Positions 18,199 through 29,293 of a stretch of 64,000 nt of DNA are shown one piece after another (position 1 is the stretch's first letter; the number at the start of each line of letters is the position of its first letter). The notes below the pieces were generated by a model that was not told the DNA's origin, searched no databases, and saw only the letters and a list, made by a program, of their open reading frames with translations. A program made the position numbers and the translations under genes. Source of the stretch: Candidatus Woesearchaeota archaeon (GTDB lineage: Archaea > Nanobdellota > Nanobdellia > SCGC-AAA011-G17 > PNOQ01); contig JBDRML010000016.1 in the NCBI GenBank assembly GCA_043812195.1, positions 75,780 through 139,779 on the forward strand, written 5' to 3'.

Positions 18199-19794
18199 AT
18201 GACTAGTAATACCCATTGGGCAACTAAAGCAGCAGAAAACATAATACATAAGTACCCTCACAAAAAGATATACACACTAGCTGCTGGAATTTCTCCAAGT
18301 GGAACAGTCCATATAGGAAATTTTAGAGATTTGATCACAGCAGAAACAGTAGAAAGAGAATTAAAAAAGAAGGGTAAAAAAACAAGATTTATTTTCTCAT
18401 GGGATGATTATGATAGATTCAGAAAGATACCAAAAAATATTCCTTCAGAATTTGAAAAATATTTAGGATTACCTTTATCAAAAATACCAAGTCCGTTCAA
18501 AGGAAAAGAAAAATCATATGCCGAGCATTTTGAAAAAGAATTAGAAAAATCTCTTACCAAACTAGGAATAAATCCAAAATTTATATACCAAACACAGATG
18601 TATGAATTAGGAAAATATAGAAAAGGAATCATAACTGCTATGAAAAAAAGAAAAATCATAGCAGAAATATTAGCAGAATTCAGAACACAGGGATTCACTA
18701 AAGAAGAAATAGAAAACTATTATCCTTTAGAAATATATTGTGAAAAATGTAAAAAAGATACAACAAAAATTACATCTTTCGATGAAAAGAACACAATTGT
18801 AGAATATACATGCTCGTGTGGTTATCAAACCAAAGTAAATATATCAAAAAAAGATATCGGAAAACTACAATGGAAAGTAGACTGGGCAATGCGTTGGGCA
18901 TACGAAGATGTCTGCTTTGAACCAGGCGGACAAGATCATTCTTCCCCTCAAGGAAGTTACCAAGTATCAAAAAGAATTGCAAAAAAAGTATTCAACATAG
19001 AACCACCCATATACCAACCATATGACTTTATTGGTCTATCTGGACTATCTAGTAAAATGTCAGGATCAACTGGAATAAACATAAGCCCAGAAGAAATGTT
19101 ATTAATATATGAACCAGAATTATTACGGTGGTTATTCTTAAGAGTATTACCAATGAAAAGATTCAACTTCTGTTTCGATTCAGAAATAATAAGGCAATAT
19201 GAAGAATTTGATAAAGAAATAAAAAAATATTTAGAAAAAAAACTAAGTGAAGAAAAAGAAAAAGCATTAGAATTATCACAATCAAAAACAAATTTCATTA
19301 AAAAAAATAACATTCCTTTTAGACTTATATCCAGTATAGGCCAACTAACTCAGGGAAACTTAAAAGAAATAAAAAGAATATTAAAAGACTTAAACACTAA
19401 ATATAATAAAGAATCCATAAAAAGAAGATTAATACTATCTGAAAATTGGTTAACAAAATATTCTCCAGAAAATAAAATTATGCTTTTAAAAGAGGCAGAC
19501 AAAAAATATTTCAAAAAATTAAGCAAAGATGAAAAAAAACAAATTGAAAATTTCTTCTTAGAAATAGAAAAAAATTGGGAACTGGAAAAATTAACCAACT
19601 TAACATATAAAATCCCAAAAAAAGAAGGATTAAGTGAAATTGAAATCAAAAAAAGACAAAGGTTGTTTTTTAAAAATGTTTACATGTTATTAATAGGAAA
19701 AGAAACTGGACCAAGATTGGCAACCTTTATGATTTCAATTGGTAAAAAGAAAATAAAAGAAATGACAAAAGAAATCATTCTGAAAAAAGAATAA
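18199..19794 (+). CDS. lysS: Lysine--tRNA ligase, class I
   Basis: GISPSGTVHIGNFRD, KLQWKVDWAMRW, EPGGQDH, KMSGS and GPRL motifs. Confidence 0.96.
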   Translation: MTSNTHWATKAAENIIHKYPHKKIYTLAAGISPSGTVHIGNFRDLITAETVERELKKKGKKTRFIFSWDDYDRFRKIPKNIPSEFEKYLGLPLSKIPSPFKGKEKSYAEHFEKELEKSLTKLGINPKFIYQTQMYELGKYRKGIITAMKKRKIIAEILAEFRTQGFTKEEIENYYPLEIYCEKCKKDTTKITSFDEKNTIVEYTCSCGYQTKVNISKKDIGKLQWKVDWAMRWAYEDVCFEPGGQDHSSPQGSYQVSKRIAKKVFNIEPPIYQPYDFIGLSGLSSKMSGSTGINISPEEMLLIYEPELLRWLFLRVLPMKRFNFCFDSEIIRQYEEFDKEIKKYLEKKLSEEKEKALELSQSKTNFIKKNNIPFRLISSIGQLTQGNLKEIKRILKDLNTKYNKESIKRRLILSENWLTKYSPENKIMLLKEADKKYFKKLSKDEKKQIENFFLEIEKNWELEKLTNLTYKIPKKEGLSEIEIKKRQRLFFKNVYMLLIGKETGPRLATFMISIGKKKIKEMTKEIILKKE

Positions 19795-19860
19795 TAAACC
19801 TTATAAACCCCCCATTCTCTCTTAAAATACATTAAAACGCATTTAGGAGGTGCAACTAAT

Positions 19861-20022
19861 ATGTTGATTGTAAAATCAAAAATAAAGGAAAATGTTGGTG
19901 ACTTAAATGTATCAAGTGACTTCGCAACTGCGCTTGATGGAACTATTAAAGACTTAATAGAAAAAGCCGCTGCAAGAGCAAAAGCCAACGGTCGAAAGAC
20001 AGTGCAAGCCCGCGATCTTTAG
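19861..20022 (+). CDS. Small histone-fold protein (DUF1931/face-to-face-type), 53 aa, missed by ORF track
   Basis: MLIVKSKIKENVGDLNVSSDFATALDGTIKDLIEKAAARAKANGRKTVQARDL; SD GGAGGTG at 19846-19852. Confidence 0.9.
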   Translation: MLIVKSKIKENVGDLNVSSDFATALDGTIKDLIEKAAARAKANGRKTVQARDL

Positions 20023-20047
20023 ATCGTGGCTTTTTATTTCTTTTTTA
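20006..20047 (+). terminator. Hairpin plus T-run overlapping the histone stop codon
   Basis: AAGC-c-CGCGATCT-TT-AGATCGTG-GCTT followed by T-rich tracts. Confidence 0.55.
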
Positions 20048-20121
20048 TTATATATTCTTTAATATAGATTGACAAGTACCTACATAGAGTTTATAAATAA
20101 ATTTCTCCATTAAAGAGATAT

Positions 20122-21069
20122 ATGGAGATAGGTATAGATTCATCAATTGAATGCAAAATTTGTCAAAAAAACATGAAGACAATTACAAATAGCCACTTAA
20201 AAAAACATAATATAACACCTAAAGATTATAAAAAAAGATTTTCAGTAACTAAACTTCAAAGCGAAGATAGTAATAAAAAATTTATAAATTCTATGACTGG
20301 GAGAAAACTTCCTGAAGAACTAAAAAGAAGGCTTTCTAAAATCCATAGGGGAAAAATCATTAAAGAAGAAACTAGAAGAAAAATAAGTAACACCCTTAAA
20401 GGAAGAAAAGCAAGCAAAGAACGTATAGAAAAATTAAAAGAATTTTATAAAATTCACGGGTGTTCAAATAGGGGAAGAAAACATACTGAGAAAACAAGAA
20501 AAAAGATAAGTGAATCCGGAAAGGGAAGAATCCCGTGGAACAAAAACAAAAAGTGTTTTTATAAAATAAAAATAAGTAAAAAACTAAAGGGAAGAAAATT
20601 AAGCTTGGAGACCAGGAAAAAAATGAGCATAGCGTTCAAAGGAAGAATAATGTCAAAAGAAGCCAAGGAAAAAATGAGTATTGCAAAAAAAGGAGTACCA
20701 CTATCATTCGAACATAGAAAGAAAATTATGGAATCACAACGGAGATGTCCAAATAAATTCGAAAAGACATGTATAAAATTATTTAAAGAAAACAATTTAC
20801 CCTTAGAATATGTGGGAGATTATAGAAACAAAAAATTTTTTATAGGGGGAAAGGTTCCGGACTTCGTATCAACAAACAACAAAAAAGTGATAATAGAAGT
20901 ATTTCATGATTATTTCAAAATTAGACAATATGGTTCAGTAGAAAACTATAAAAAAGAAAGAAAGAAAATATTCTTTGAATATGGATGGAACACTTTATTT
21001 TTTACATATTATGAAATAAATTCAAATCCTAATAAATGCATATCAACTATAATGGAGGAACTAAAATGA
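20122..21069 (+). mobile_element. Free-standing homing-endonuclease-like gene: Zn finger, multiple NUMOD3 repeats, C-terminal Vsr/PD-(D/E)XK-like nuclease
   Basis: CKIC...HLKKH; repeated GRKHTEKTRKKISES-type motifs; PNKFE...PDF...IIEVFHDYF...GWNTL. Confidence 0.8.
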
Positions 21070-21455
21070 CATCAAAGAGTAAGGGAACTCGATATGAGCG
21101 AGAATTGCTACATATGTTCTACAGTACAAATTCATGGATTGCTAGTAGGATGGCTGGTTCAGGCTCAATTCCAATTCCCTCTCCAGATTTAATAGCAGGT
21201 TATAAAAACAGATCTCTAGCAATAGAATGCAAGGCTCTCAAAAATTGCTATTATCATTTCGCAGAATTTAAGATTAAAGAATTACTAGAATTTTCAAACA
21301 AATTTGGAGCAGAACCATGGCTAGCTATAAGATTCAATAATAAGGGCTGGCACTTCATAAAACCTGAGGATTTAAAAGTAAGCCCAAAAGGATATTCTGT
21401 AAATCTAGAACTATTAGAAACAAAAGGAATTAAATTTAATGATTTGATAAAATAA
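21066..21455 (+). CDS. hjc: Holliday junction resolvase Hjc
   Basis: KGTRYERELL, RMAGSG, PDLIA and AIECK motifs; ATG at 21066 overlaps the upstream TGA. Confidence 0.93.
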   Translation: MTSKSKGTRYERELLHMFYSTNSWIASRMAGSGSIPIPSPDLIAGYKNRSLAIECKALKNCYYHFAEFKIKELLEFSNKFGAEPWLAIRFNNKGWHFIKPEDLKVSPKGYSVNLELLETKGIKFNDLIK

Positions 21456-21492
21456 CAAAACTTTTTAATATCATTCAACTATCTAAAATAAA

Positions 21493-22923
21493 TTGAAAAT
21501 AATAATTACAATATTTATTCTCCTAATAACACTGCAAACAGTAGAAGCTTTAACAATAAACGAAATAAACTACAATCCAGAAGGAAATGATAACAATAGA
21601 GAATACCTAGAAGTAATAACAGAATTAAACTTAACTGGTTTCATAATTCAAGACGCAAACTCAGAGGACATTTTAGAACCATTAAAAGAAATTAATTCAA
21701 CATACGCATTAATAGTAGAAGAAGGATTTGATTATACAAATATCAATGCTTCAATATATTCAGCAGGTGCAGCAATTGGAAATAATTTAAACAATGATGA
21801 AGACTATATAATAATAAAAAATAACACAGAAATTCTTGATGTAATCCACTATTATGATTATTGGGGAGCAGACAACAATGGAAAATCATTATGCAAACTT
21901 CCAGATTTAACAGGTTCATGGCAAGAATGTGCTCAAACTCCAGGTTCAATAAATTCAGAATTCATGCAAGATTATACAATTAAAATATCAGAATTCTTAC
22001 CAAATCCAGAAGGAGATGACAATGCACCAATGCCAGATGGAGAGTGGATAGAATTATTCAACTATGGAACTATACCTATAGACTTAACAAGTGTAATCTT
22101 AAAAGACAATGCAAACCATAAAATCATAATATCATCAACAACTACTTATAACCAAACTATACAATCAAATAATTATCTAGTAGTTTACACAAACGGCTTT
22201 TCAGGATTCCTCAATAATGAAGATTTAGAAAAAGTAAAGTTATATGATCCAAATAATAATTTAATAGAAGAAATGAGCTACACAGATTCAATAGAAGGAA
22301 ATTCATGGTCAAAAATAGATAATTATTGGAAAATGACAAAACCAAGTCCAAATAAAGAAAATTACAAAGAAGACCAAGAAAAAGATTCAACAATAGAAAT
22401 AGCAACAATATATTTAGGAAATGATAACCAAGCAAGATTTGGAGATAACCTAAGAGTTAAAGTAGATGTATACAAAGGAGATGAAACTAAAAATGTTATT
22501 GAAGCTTACATAGAAAGAAATGATAAAAAAGTAAGTAAAATAACAAAATTCAACATAGAAAAGAAATACTCAGAAAACACATTAACAATTCCAATTCAAA
22601 TTATTCCAAACTGCAACCTAAAAGAACCTGAAGGAAATTATAAATTAATAGTGAATGGATTAGGAACAAATGATAAAGAAGATATAAAAATAGAAGGAAT
22701 TACAAAAGATTTATGTGAAGAAATAAAAATAATAAAAGAACAGTCAACATCAGAAAAAATAGGTTCCGAAAACATTATAAACGAACCACAAAGTCAAATT
22801 ATTAGTAATCCAATAATATACGAATCAACATCAGAAAAAGCAAATAAACAAGCAATATACTTTTTTAGTATAGCACTGATATTAACCCTAATTCAATCAC
22901 TAAGAAAAAAATGGAAACCATAA
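21493..22923 (+). CDS. Secreted lamin-tail-domain protein with C-terminal anchor
   Basis: Two LTD repeats (INEINYNPEG...EYLE...TPG; ISEFLPNPEG...EWIELFN...SP). Confidence 0.8.
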   Translation: MKIIITIFILLITLQTVEALTINEINYNPEGNDNNREYLEVITELNLTGFIIQDANSEDILEPLKEINSTYALIVEEGFDYTNINASIYSAGAAIGNNLNNDEDYIIIKNNTEILDVIHYYDYWGADNNGKSLCKLPDLTGSWQECAQTPGSINSEFMQDYTIKISEFLPNPEGDDNAPMPDGEWIELFNYGTIPIDLTSVILKDNANHKIIISSTTTYNQTIQSNNYLVVYTNGFSGFLNNEDLEKVKLYDPNNNLIEEMSYTDSIEGNSWSKIDNYWKMTKPSPNKENYKEDQEKDSTIEIATIYLGNDNQARFGDNLRVKVDVYKGDETKNVIEAYIERNDKKVSKITKFNIEKKYSENTLTIPIQIIPNCNLKEPEGNYKLIVNGLGTNDKEDIKIEGITKDLCEEIKIIKEQSTSEKIGSENIINEPQSQIISNPIIYESTSEKANKQAIYFFSIALILTLIQSLRKKWKP

Positions 22924-23327
22924 AAGTAAAAACAATAATAGAAATTGTAGGAACTCCAAAAGAACATGTAGAAGAAACTATAAACAAAGTTGTAACTTTA
23001 ATCAATGAAAATAAAAAATTCGATTTAATATCTCAAGACGTGGCAGAAATAAAAGAAGTAGATTTAGTAACAGATGTCAAAAACGTATGGTCAAGTTTTG
23101 GTGAATTTGAAATAGAATTCAAAAATATTTTAGACTTAACAGATTTCTGCTTTGAGTTCATGCCATCTTCAGTAGAAATTATAGAGCCAGAAATAGTAAA
23201 AACAGATGGAAAAGATTTAGGACAATCATTAAACGATTTTTTAGCAAAATTACATCAATATGATATGACCCTTAAAAAAATTATTCTACAACAAAGAGCA
23301 AATCTCAAGAAGCAAAACGAGAAGTAG
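22911..23327 (+). CDS. Conserved archaeal hypothetical protein
   Basis: IIEIVGTPKEHVE...FMPSSVEIIEP pattern; coupled to the upstream gene. Confidence 0.65.
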   Translation: METIKVKTIIEIVGTPKEHVEETINKVVTLINENKKFDLISQDVAEIKEVDLVTDVKNVWSSFGEFEIEFKNILDLTDFCFEFMPSSVEIIEPEIVKTDGKDLGQSLNDFLAKLHQYDMTLKKIILQQRANLKKQNEK

Positions 23328-24555
23328 GCAACCAAAACCCCTTATTTTGTTTTTTTCTATGTTTAATATAAAGAATATAAATCACAAATAAAATTACAGC
23401 AAAAATAAAACCAAATAAAATCCAATAATTAGTTTCACCATCTTCTTCAGTTTCCGGCTCATAATTCTCTTCATCACCAATAAAGATAGAATCATCTGGA
23501 AGAACAACATCAGGAACAGATTCTTCAACAAAATAAATATCAAAAACAAACTCTTTAACATCCCCATAATTCATAATTAACTTACCTGTATAATATCCTA
23601 AAGCATTTTTATCACTATTTAAACGCACATTTTGTTTAGCAATCTCACCAGGACTTAAAATATCTAAATTAGAATACCCTAATGAAGAAATCAAACTAAT
23701 GTTCCCTTCCAAACTAAATTCTATATCTTCAACTGTTAAATTACCTTTATTCTGAAACTCTATAGAAATATACTTAGACTTATTTTTATTTATTGTTATA
23801 TTAATAAAATCTTGTTCAGTTAAAAATTCAATAGAAACACCTTCAATACTAATATTTTCTTCAGGAGTATTATTAATTGGAGTTTCATTCTTTACAGCAA
23901 CACCTTCACCACCTAACCAAATAGGAATAGAATAACTACCTCCATTATAATTAATACTCAAATATTTTGTATCAACATCACCTATTAATTCACTAACATA
24001 AACATCTAAATAACCACTAGTAGACAAAGGCAATTCATCTTCAGACAAACTAATATATTCACTATCAACAGAAAAATCAACTAAAGTAAGTTCTCCATGA
24101 TTATACAAATAAATATTAAATGTATTTTGACTATCTAAATCATCAGCCATTATAATTCCAGGATCCACAGAAATAACAGTCTCCTTTTCAACAATTGTAA
24201 AATCTGCAGAAAAATCACCTTGAACCAATAATCCATTCTCATTAGTATAAATTACATCTTCAACAACAATAGAATAATTATCTAAATCTAAATCAATTGG
24301 CAAATTAAAATAAACATAATAATCATCTTTTAACTTATTCAAAAAAGGTGTTACAGAAACTCGATTCATAGAACCATCAATTAATTTTATATTATTAATA
24401 GACAATTCTTCTTCAATTTCATCAATAATAAGATATGCCTGCAAAGTTTCTCCAGCTGCATATTCAGTTTTACCCAAATTTATTTCAACAGCAGAACCAT
24501 AAACAGAAAATAAAAAACAAGACAAAACTAAAGCAACCAACAGAATTAGTTTCAT
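23305..24555 (-). CDS. Secreted acidic beta-sandwich protein with C-terminal TM
   Basis: Signal peptide, N-glycosylation sequons, TM helix and basic tail. Confidence 0.7.
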   Translation of the reverse strand: MKLILLVALVLSCFLFSVYGSAVEINLGKTEYAAGETLQAYLIIDEIEEELSINNIKLIDGSMNRVSVTPFLNKLKDDYYVYFNLPIDLDLDNYSIVVEDVIYTNENGLLVQGDFSADFTIVEKETVISVDPGIIMADDLDSQNTFNIYLYNHGELTLVDFSVDSEYISLSEDELPLSTSGYLDVYVSELIGDVDTKYLSINYNGGSYSIPIWLGGEGVAVKNETPINNTPEENISIEGVSIEFLTEQDFINITINKNKSKYISIEFQNKGNLTVEDIEFSLEGNISLISSLGYSNLDILSPGEIAKQNVRLNSDKNALGYYTGKLIMNYGDVKEFVFDIYFVEESVPDVVLPDDSIFIGDEENYEPETEEDGETNYWILFGFIFAVILFVIYILYIKHRKKQNKGFWLPTSRFAS

Positions 24556-26333
24556 TTTTTGTCTTTTCTAAGTAACTCCCTTGCCTTCTTCAAGGATTCA
24601 TCTAATTGTTTTTCTAACGCAGTCTCAGCACCAGAACGTTGAGGTCTAGGTTGCATTCTAGGTTGAGCCATTGCAGCAGATCTTGCAGGAACCCTCTGTC
24701 TAGTCATAGGATAACTAGGTTGAACAGGTTTATAGACCCCTTTTCCTTTTCCAAATTTACCCTTAAAAAATTTATTATAAGCAAAGTAAAATGCGATAGC
24801 AGCAACTAATACAATAATACCAACTATTAACCAAACAATGCCAGAACCCTTATCCTTTTTTTCACAATCTCCAGAGTCTATATTACATTCATAACCATCT
24901 TGACATTCACTATCTGTTCTACACTCTGGTTCTTTTTGATCTTTATTTACACAAGTATTAGTAAATAAATCACAACGCAAATTAGAACCAACGCAATCTA
25001 TATCACTATTACACCTTCCAGGAGGAAGGTCACCAGCTACACAAACACAATCAGGAGTACAATCATATTCATATCCTTTATTACTACAATCCTCTTTTAA
25101 AACACAATCATCAGTTTTAGAACATCCAGCTTGGCTATTTGGAGTACACTTATTATATCTACATGTAAATCCTATATTACAATCATCATTAATTGTACAT
25201 TCATCTCCTTCACCACCCTCATCACCATCGTCATCATCGTCATCATCGTCATCATCTCCATCAGTCTGTCCTAAATCTCTACTAAAAGCAGCATACAAAA
25301 CAACAGAAGTAGTTAAAATGTCACCACCCCAAGAACCATCGTCTCTTTGTTTAAACTTCAACCACTCTAAAGCCTCAGAAGCTGCAGCGCCATTTCCTTT
25401 CTTCAAGGCCATATAAGCAATTGCAGTTTGAAACTCATCACCATCAAAACTACCATCACTTTTCTGTAAATCAACTAATCTAGAAATACTTTCTCCAGTA
25501 ACTAAATACAACAAACTAAGTTCAACAACAGCATCATGACATTGAGATCTCAAATAAGGCTCACTATAAGTATCTTCTCTCATTAAATCTAAAGACCATG
25601 CAGCAAATGCAGTGTCAGTACAACTACACTGATGTCCACTACCAAAACATCCATTCTCAATAACAAAAGGCCTATCTTCATCAACTATATAATATTCATT
25701 ATTATAAGTTCTAAACAATATAGAAGGACTAACTCCTCCTAAAAAACAAGAAATATCCATAGATTCATTTAAATCAGCAGAATTCCCCTTAATACATTCT
25801 TCAAAATCAACCCAATTAGGATCAGAAAGATAACAGTCATCTGTACTTACATCAGTTCCATTAATAATAAATTCAAAAGTATCACCATCATAAGTAACCT
25901 TACACTGGCCTTCTTCATCATTAACTAAAAATTGTATTAACCATCTACCATCGCTTAAAGCAGTAAACTGTTCATCTAGTAGCCATTCAATATTGTCATC
26001 AACATCATTTCCTTCTTTCCACAAAGTAAGAGTAGCCAAAGCACTACTAGAAATACTATCCCAATGATCATTACTCTCTTGGTCTTTTAATTCAGCAATA
26101 CCATTAGTTACATCATAACCTTCATTTCTCAATGCCAAAATAGTAAATGCTAAAGCATCAGTAGATAACTCCCAATCTTTATCAACAGTCTTATTATACA
26201 ACCAATCAAAACCTTTAGAAGAACTATAACTTACATTAGATGCAGCATTCACAAAACTAATGCTAATTAAAAATATAATAAAAACTATTCCACCTAACAA
26301 AAACCTCTTTTTAGTATCCATGTATCTACTCAC
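24552..26333 (-). CDS. Surface protein with prenyltransferase/squalene-oxidase-like (alpha/alpha) repeats, poly-Asp linker, Cys-rich repeats and TM
   Basis: LQKSDGSF and WLKFKQRDDGSWG repeats; CxxDxDC repeats; Pro/Gln/Arg-rich cytoplasmic tail. Confidence 0.7.
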   Translation of the reverse strand: MSRYMDTKKRFLLGGIVFIIFLISISFVNAASNVSYSSSKGFDWLYNKTVDKDWELSTDALAFTILALRNEGYDVTNGIAELKDQESNDHWDSISSSALATLTLWKEGNDVDDNIEWLLDEQFTALSDGRWLIQFLVNDEEGQCKVTYDGDTFEFIINGTDVSTDDCYLSDPNWVDFEECIKGNSADLNESMDISCFLGGVSPSILFRTYNNEYYIVDEDRPFVIENGCFGSGHQCSCTDTAFAAWSLDLMREDTYSEPYLRSQCHDAVVELSLLYLVTGESISRLVDLQKSDGSFDGDEFQTAIAYMALKKGNGAAASEALEWLKFKQRDDGSWGGDILTTSVVLYAAFSRDLGQTDGDDDDDDDDDDGDEGGEGDECTINDDCNIGFTCRYNKCTPNSQAGCSKTDDCVLKEDCSNKGYEYDCTPDCVCVAGDLPPGRCNSDIDCVGSNLRCDLFTNTCVNKDQKEPECRTDSECQDGYECNIDSGDCEKKDKGSGIVWLIVGIIVLVAAIAFYFAYNKFFKGKFGKGKGVYKPVQPSYPMTRQRVPARSAAMAQPRMQPRPQRSGAETALEKQLDESLKKARELLRKDKK

Positions 26334-26378
26334 AACATAATTAAGAGTAAATTATTTAAAAAGTTATTGTTTTAGAGT

Positions 26379-29189
26379 TTATTTAAATAAACTTTCAAAA
26401 GGAGATATAATCCACCCAACCACAGAACCAGTTAAGCCCTTATCCTTCCCCTTAGCCTTTTCATTGGATTTTCCATTAGAATCCTTATTTTTATCTTTCT
26501 CTTCTTGTTTATTTTGTTTTTCTATTTGCCTAGCTTTCTTATTCTCTTTAGTCAATTCTGATATTTTTTGATTCTTTTCATATAAAGTGTTTATAGCTTC
26601 AAGTACAGAAAATTTAGACTCTTCTGAAACAGAGACATATACTAAATTTAAATCATAACCTCCTTGAAAAACATCCTCTTCTAATAATTCTTCAATTTCT
26701 TCAGTATCTTCTCCAGATAAAACCGCATCTTCAACCATGATTTCAGTCTCCTCTATCTTATCTTGATATTCTATCAATAACTCTTCAACTTCTTCTTCTA
26801 ATGTTTTTTCTTCATCTTCAATTATTTCTTCTTCTAAAACAATCTCTCCTTGATCTTTCAAATAATCATCTTCAGAAATAAACAACTCTTGAAATATTTC
26901 TTCCTTAACTTCTTCTAAAATTATCCTAGCTTCATCTAAACGTATTTCAGCAGCTTTCTGGGGTGCAGATTCTTTTAATCTTTCTACAGCTTCTTCTTTG
27001 TTTTCATCAGAAAATTCTATAGCATTCTTAATATTCCCTTTCATTAAGCCTGCAACCCTAGTATCCTTTTTCAGAGCTTCCCCCAGAATCTCTTTGTGAG
27101 CCAAACCAGACTCTGCAATTAATTTGTCAGTTTCAGGCAAATATTCGTCTTCTTTTATTGCTGCTCTGACAACTTCCCGATTTTTTTGGAGATGGTATTC
27201 ATAAGATTCTAATGCTAAATAAACATCTTTAGCCTCCCCATTTTCCAATAGCACAAACATTTCTGCTAATCTCTCATCAGCATATTTATTCAATTTTTCT
27301 ATTTTTCTATTTTTATCAAAAGTTAGAGCGAGTGATATTTCTTCTTGAAGAACTTCAAAACCATAAAAAGGGGAATCAGGAGTCAATCCAGGATCAGGAC
27401 ATTTATTTAACCAACCTAAAGGCAATTTACTCTGTTTTTGCAAACCATAAGGAAAATCTCTTTTCATTAATCCTGGAGGTAACCAATTGCATGTTTCATT
27501 TGAAGGAGTTTCATTCACGCCACCACATTCACCACAATCAGTTTTACAGTCACTACAGCTTTCATCTTCATTGCAAGTTCCATCTCCACAATAAGAAGTT
27601 TCATTAACAGGAGTCTTATTTCCTCCACAGATTCCACAATCTATTTCACAATCATAACAAGTTTCATCTTCATTGCAAGTTCCATCTCCACAATAAGCTC
27701 CTTGTACAACACACGCCCCATCAACACATAAACCCCCATATTGATCGCACACAAAATATCCCCAATTTCTCAGTCCAGCAGTAGGTCCACACCAATTCTC
27801 AATCAACCTCCCTTTTGAATCGCAACTATCTGTATATTCTTTATATTCATTAGGCATTCCAGGAATATACTGATATGCATTAAGTGTTCCCTTTGCAAAA
27901 AGATTAAAACCAATCATATGCTCTTCATCCATATCGGTATCATTGCATTCTGGGTAATATGGTTGAAATGATTTTGTCTCAGATTGATGGACTTGACCAT
28001 TAGAATATCCTTTAACGTAATAAGAATAAACACTATTAACATCGCTCGCTTCCCCATCGCCATATGAAACACCTACAGTTTCCTGTTTATTTGAGTACAA
28101 TAAATGGAAATCACCACCATCAATACTTTTGTATAACTCAAAAAAAGCTGGTCGGGAATCATCATAAGCAAATCCTATTGCAAGGTAAACACTATTTTCT
28201 TTTGAATTTGCTACTTGTTGAACATTCAAAACAAGATTAGAAGATTCATTAACAGGAGTTTCATTAATACCCACTCCAAAATTAACACACTCCCCATAAG
28301 AACATCCACTATAACCATTCTCTACGCAATCGATTAATTTATATTTAGGGTAATCTCCAACACAATATAATTCCTTTAATACACTAGGATCAGTTTTAGA
28401 ACATCCATCATAATACGTATATAGGGTGTTTCCATAAACTCCTCCAACACTCCCAAAAGTCCCGTAATCCAAACCACCATCGTGATCTCCACAACTATAT
28501 TGGCCATTAGCACAAGTAAAGTATTTCGCACAATCTTCAGGACAACCAGAACAAGTTTCTTCAAAAGGATTACAAATCCCATCGCCACAAGAAGGCTCCG
28601 GTATAACGCATGCTCCATCAAAACAAACAGCACCATAACGATCACAACCAATATGTATAGTTTGTGAAACTGAAAAACCAGAAGGTCGACACCATTTTTC
28701 CATCAAAGTTACCTCTGAATCACACATTTCAAAAGTTCCTTTTACAAAAATATTAAATCCAAGCAAATGTTCATCATCTTTATCCTCATCATTACAATAA
28801 GGATAAGAAGGTTGAATTGATTTTGTCTCAGATTGATAGACTTGGCCATTAGAATATCCTTTAACATAATAAGAATAAACAGTATTAACATCGCTTGCCC
28901 TACTATCTGCCCATGAATTCGAATACAATGCAGTATTACCAGAAATTTTCAATTCAAAATCTCCACCATTAACACTCTTATAAACTTCAGTATATGCTAT
29001 TCTATGATCATTAAAGCCCCAGCCAACAGAGGTATAAAGTTCATTATCTAAATAATCTGCATACAGCTTAAGGTTAAGGTATAAACTTCCATCAGTTATA
29101 GGAGTATCATTAACCCCAGCACTCACAGTTCCAGAAATCAATAGAAAAAACACAATAGAAAAAACAGAAATAAACATTAATTTATTCAT
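26379..29189 (-). CDS. Secreted Cys-rich repeat protein with C-terminal DUF5667-like helical domain
   Basis: Duplicated module (SDVNxVYSYYVKGYSNGQV), CGDGxC repeats, PGLTPDSPFY...YADERLAE. Confidence 0.7.
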   Translation of the reverse strand: MNKLMFISVFSIVFFLLISGTVSAGVNDTPITDGSLYLNLKLYADYLDNELYTSVGWGFNDHRIAYTEVYKSVNGGDFELKISGNTALYSNSWADSRASDVNTVYSYYVKGYSNGQVYQSETKSIQPSYPYCNDEDKDDEHLLGFNIFVKGTFEMCDSEVTLMEKWCRPSGFSVSQTIHIGCDRYGAVCFDGACVIPEPSCGDGICNPFEETCSGCPEDCAKYFTCANGQYSCGDHDGGLDYGTFGSVGGVYGNTLYTYYDGCSKTDPSVLKELYCVGDYPKYKLIDCVENGYSGCSYGECVNFGVGINETPVNESSNLVLNVQQVANSKENSVYLAIGFAYDDSRPAFFELYKSIDGGDFHLLYSNKQETVGVSYGDGEASDVNSVYSYYVKGYSNGQVHQSETKSFQPYYPECNDTDMDEEHMIGFNLFAKGTLNAYQYIPGMPNEYKEYTDSCDSKGRLIENWCGPTAGLRNWGYFVCDQYGGLCVDGACVVQGAYCGDGTCNEDETCYDCEIDCGICGGNKTPVNETSYCGDGTCNEDESCSDCKTDCGECGGVNETPSNETCNWLPPGLMKRDFPYGLQKQSKLPLGWLNKCPDPGLTPDSPFYGFEVLQEEISLALTFDKNRKIEKLNKYADERLAEMFVLLENGEAKDVYLALESYEYHLQKNREVVRAAIKEDEYLPETDKLIAESGLAHKEILGEALKKDTRVAGLMKGNIKNAIEFSDENKEEAVERLKESAPQKAAEIRLDEARIILEEVKEEIFQELFISEDDYLKDQGEIVLEEEIIEDEEKTLEEEVEELLIEYQDKIEETEIMVEDAVLSGEDTEEIEELLEEDVFQGGYDLNLVYVSVSEESKFSVLEAINTLYEKNQKISELTKENKKARQIEKQNKQEEKDKNKDSNGKSNEKAKGKDKGLTGSVVGWIISPFESLFK

Positions 29190-29293
29190 TTACTTAAAAT
29201 CACCTCAAATATTTTAATAATATATTAGATATTTAATACTTTCTGAAATAATAAAAAAGTAAGTTATATAAAATTCCTAAAAAGTATTAATTC

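Noticed and set aside
25220-25262. TCA/TCG trinucleotide run
   Set aside because: It simply encodes a poly-Asp linker in a surface protein.
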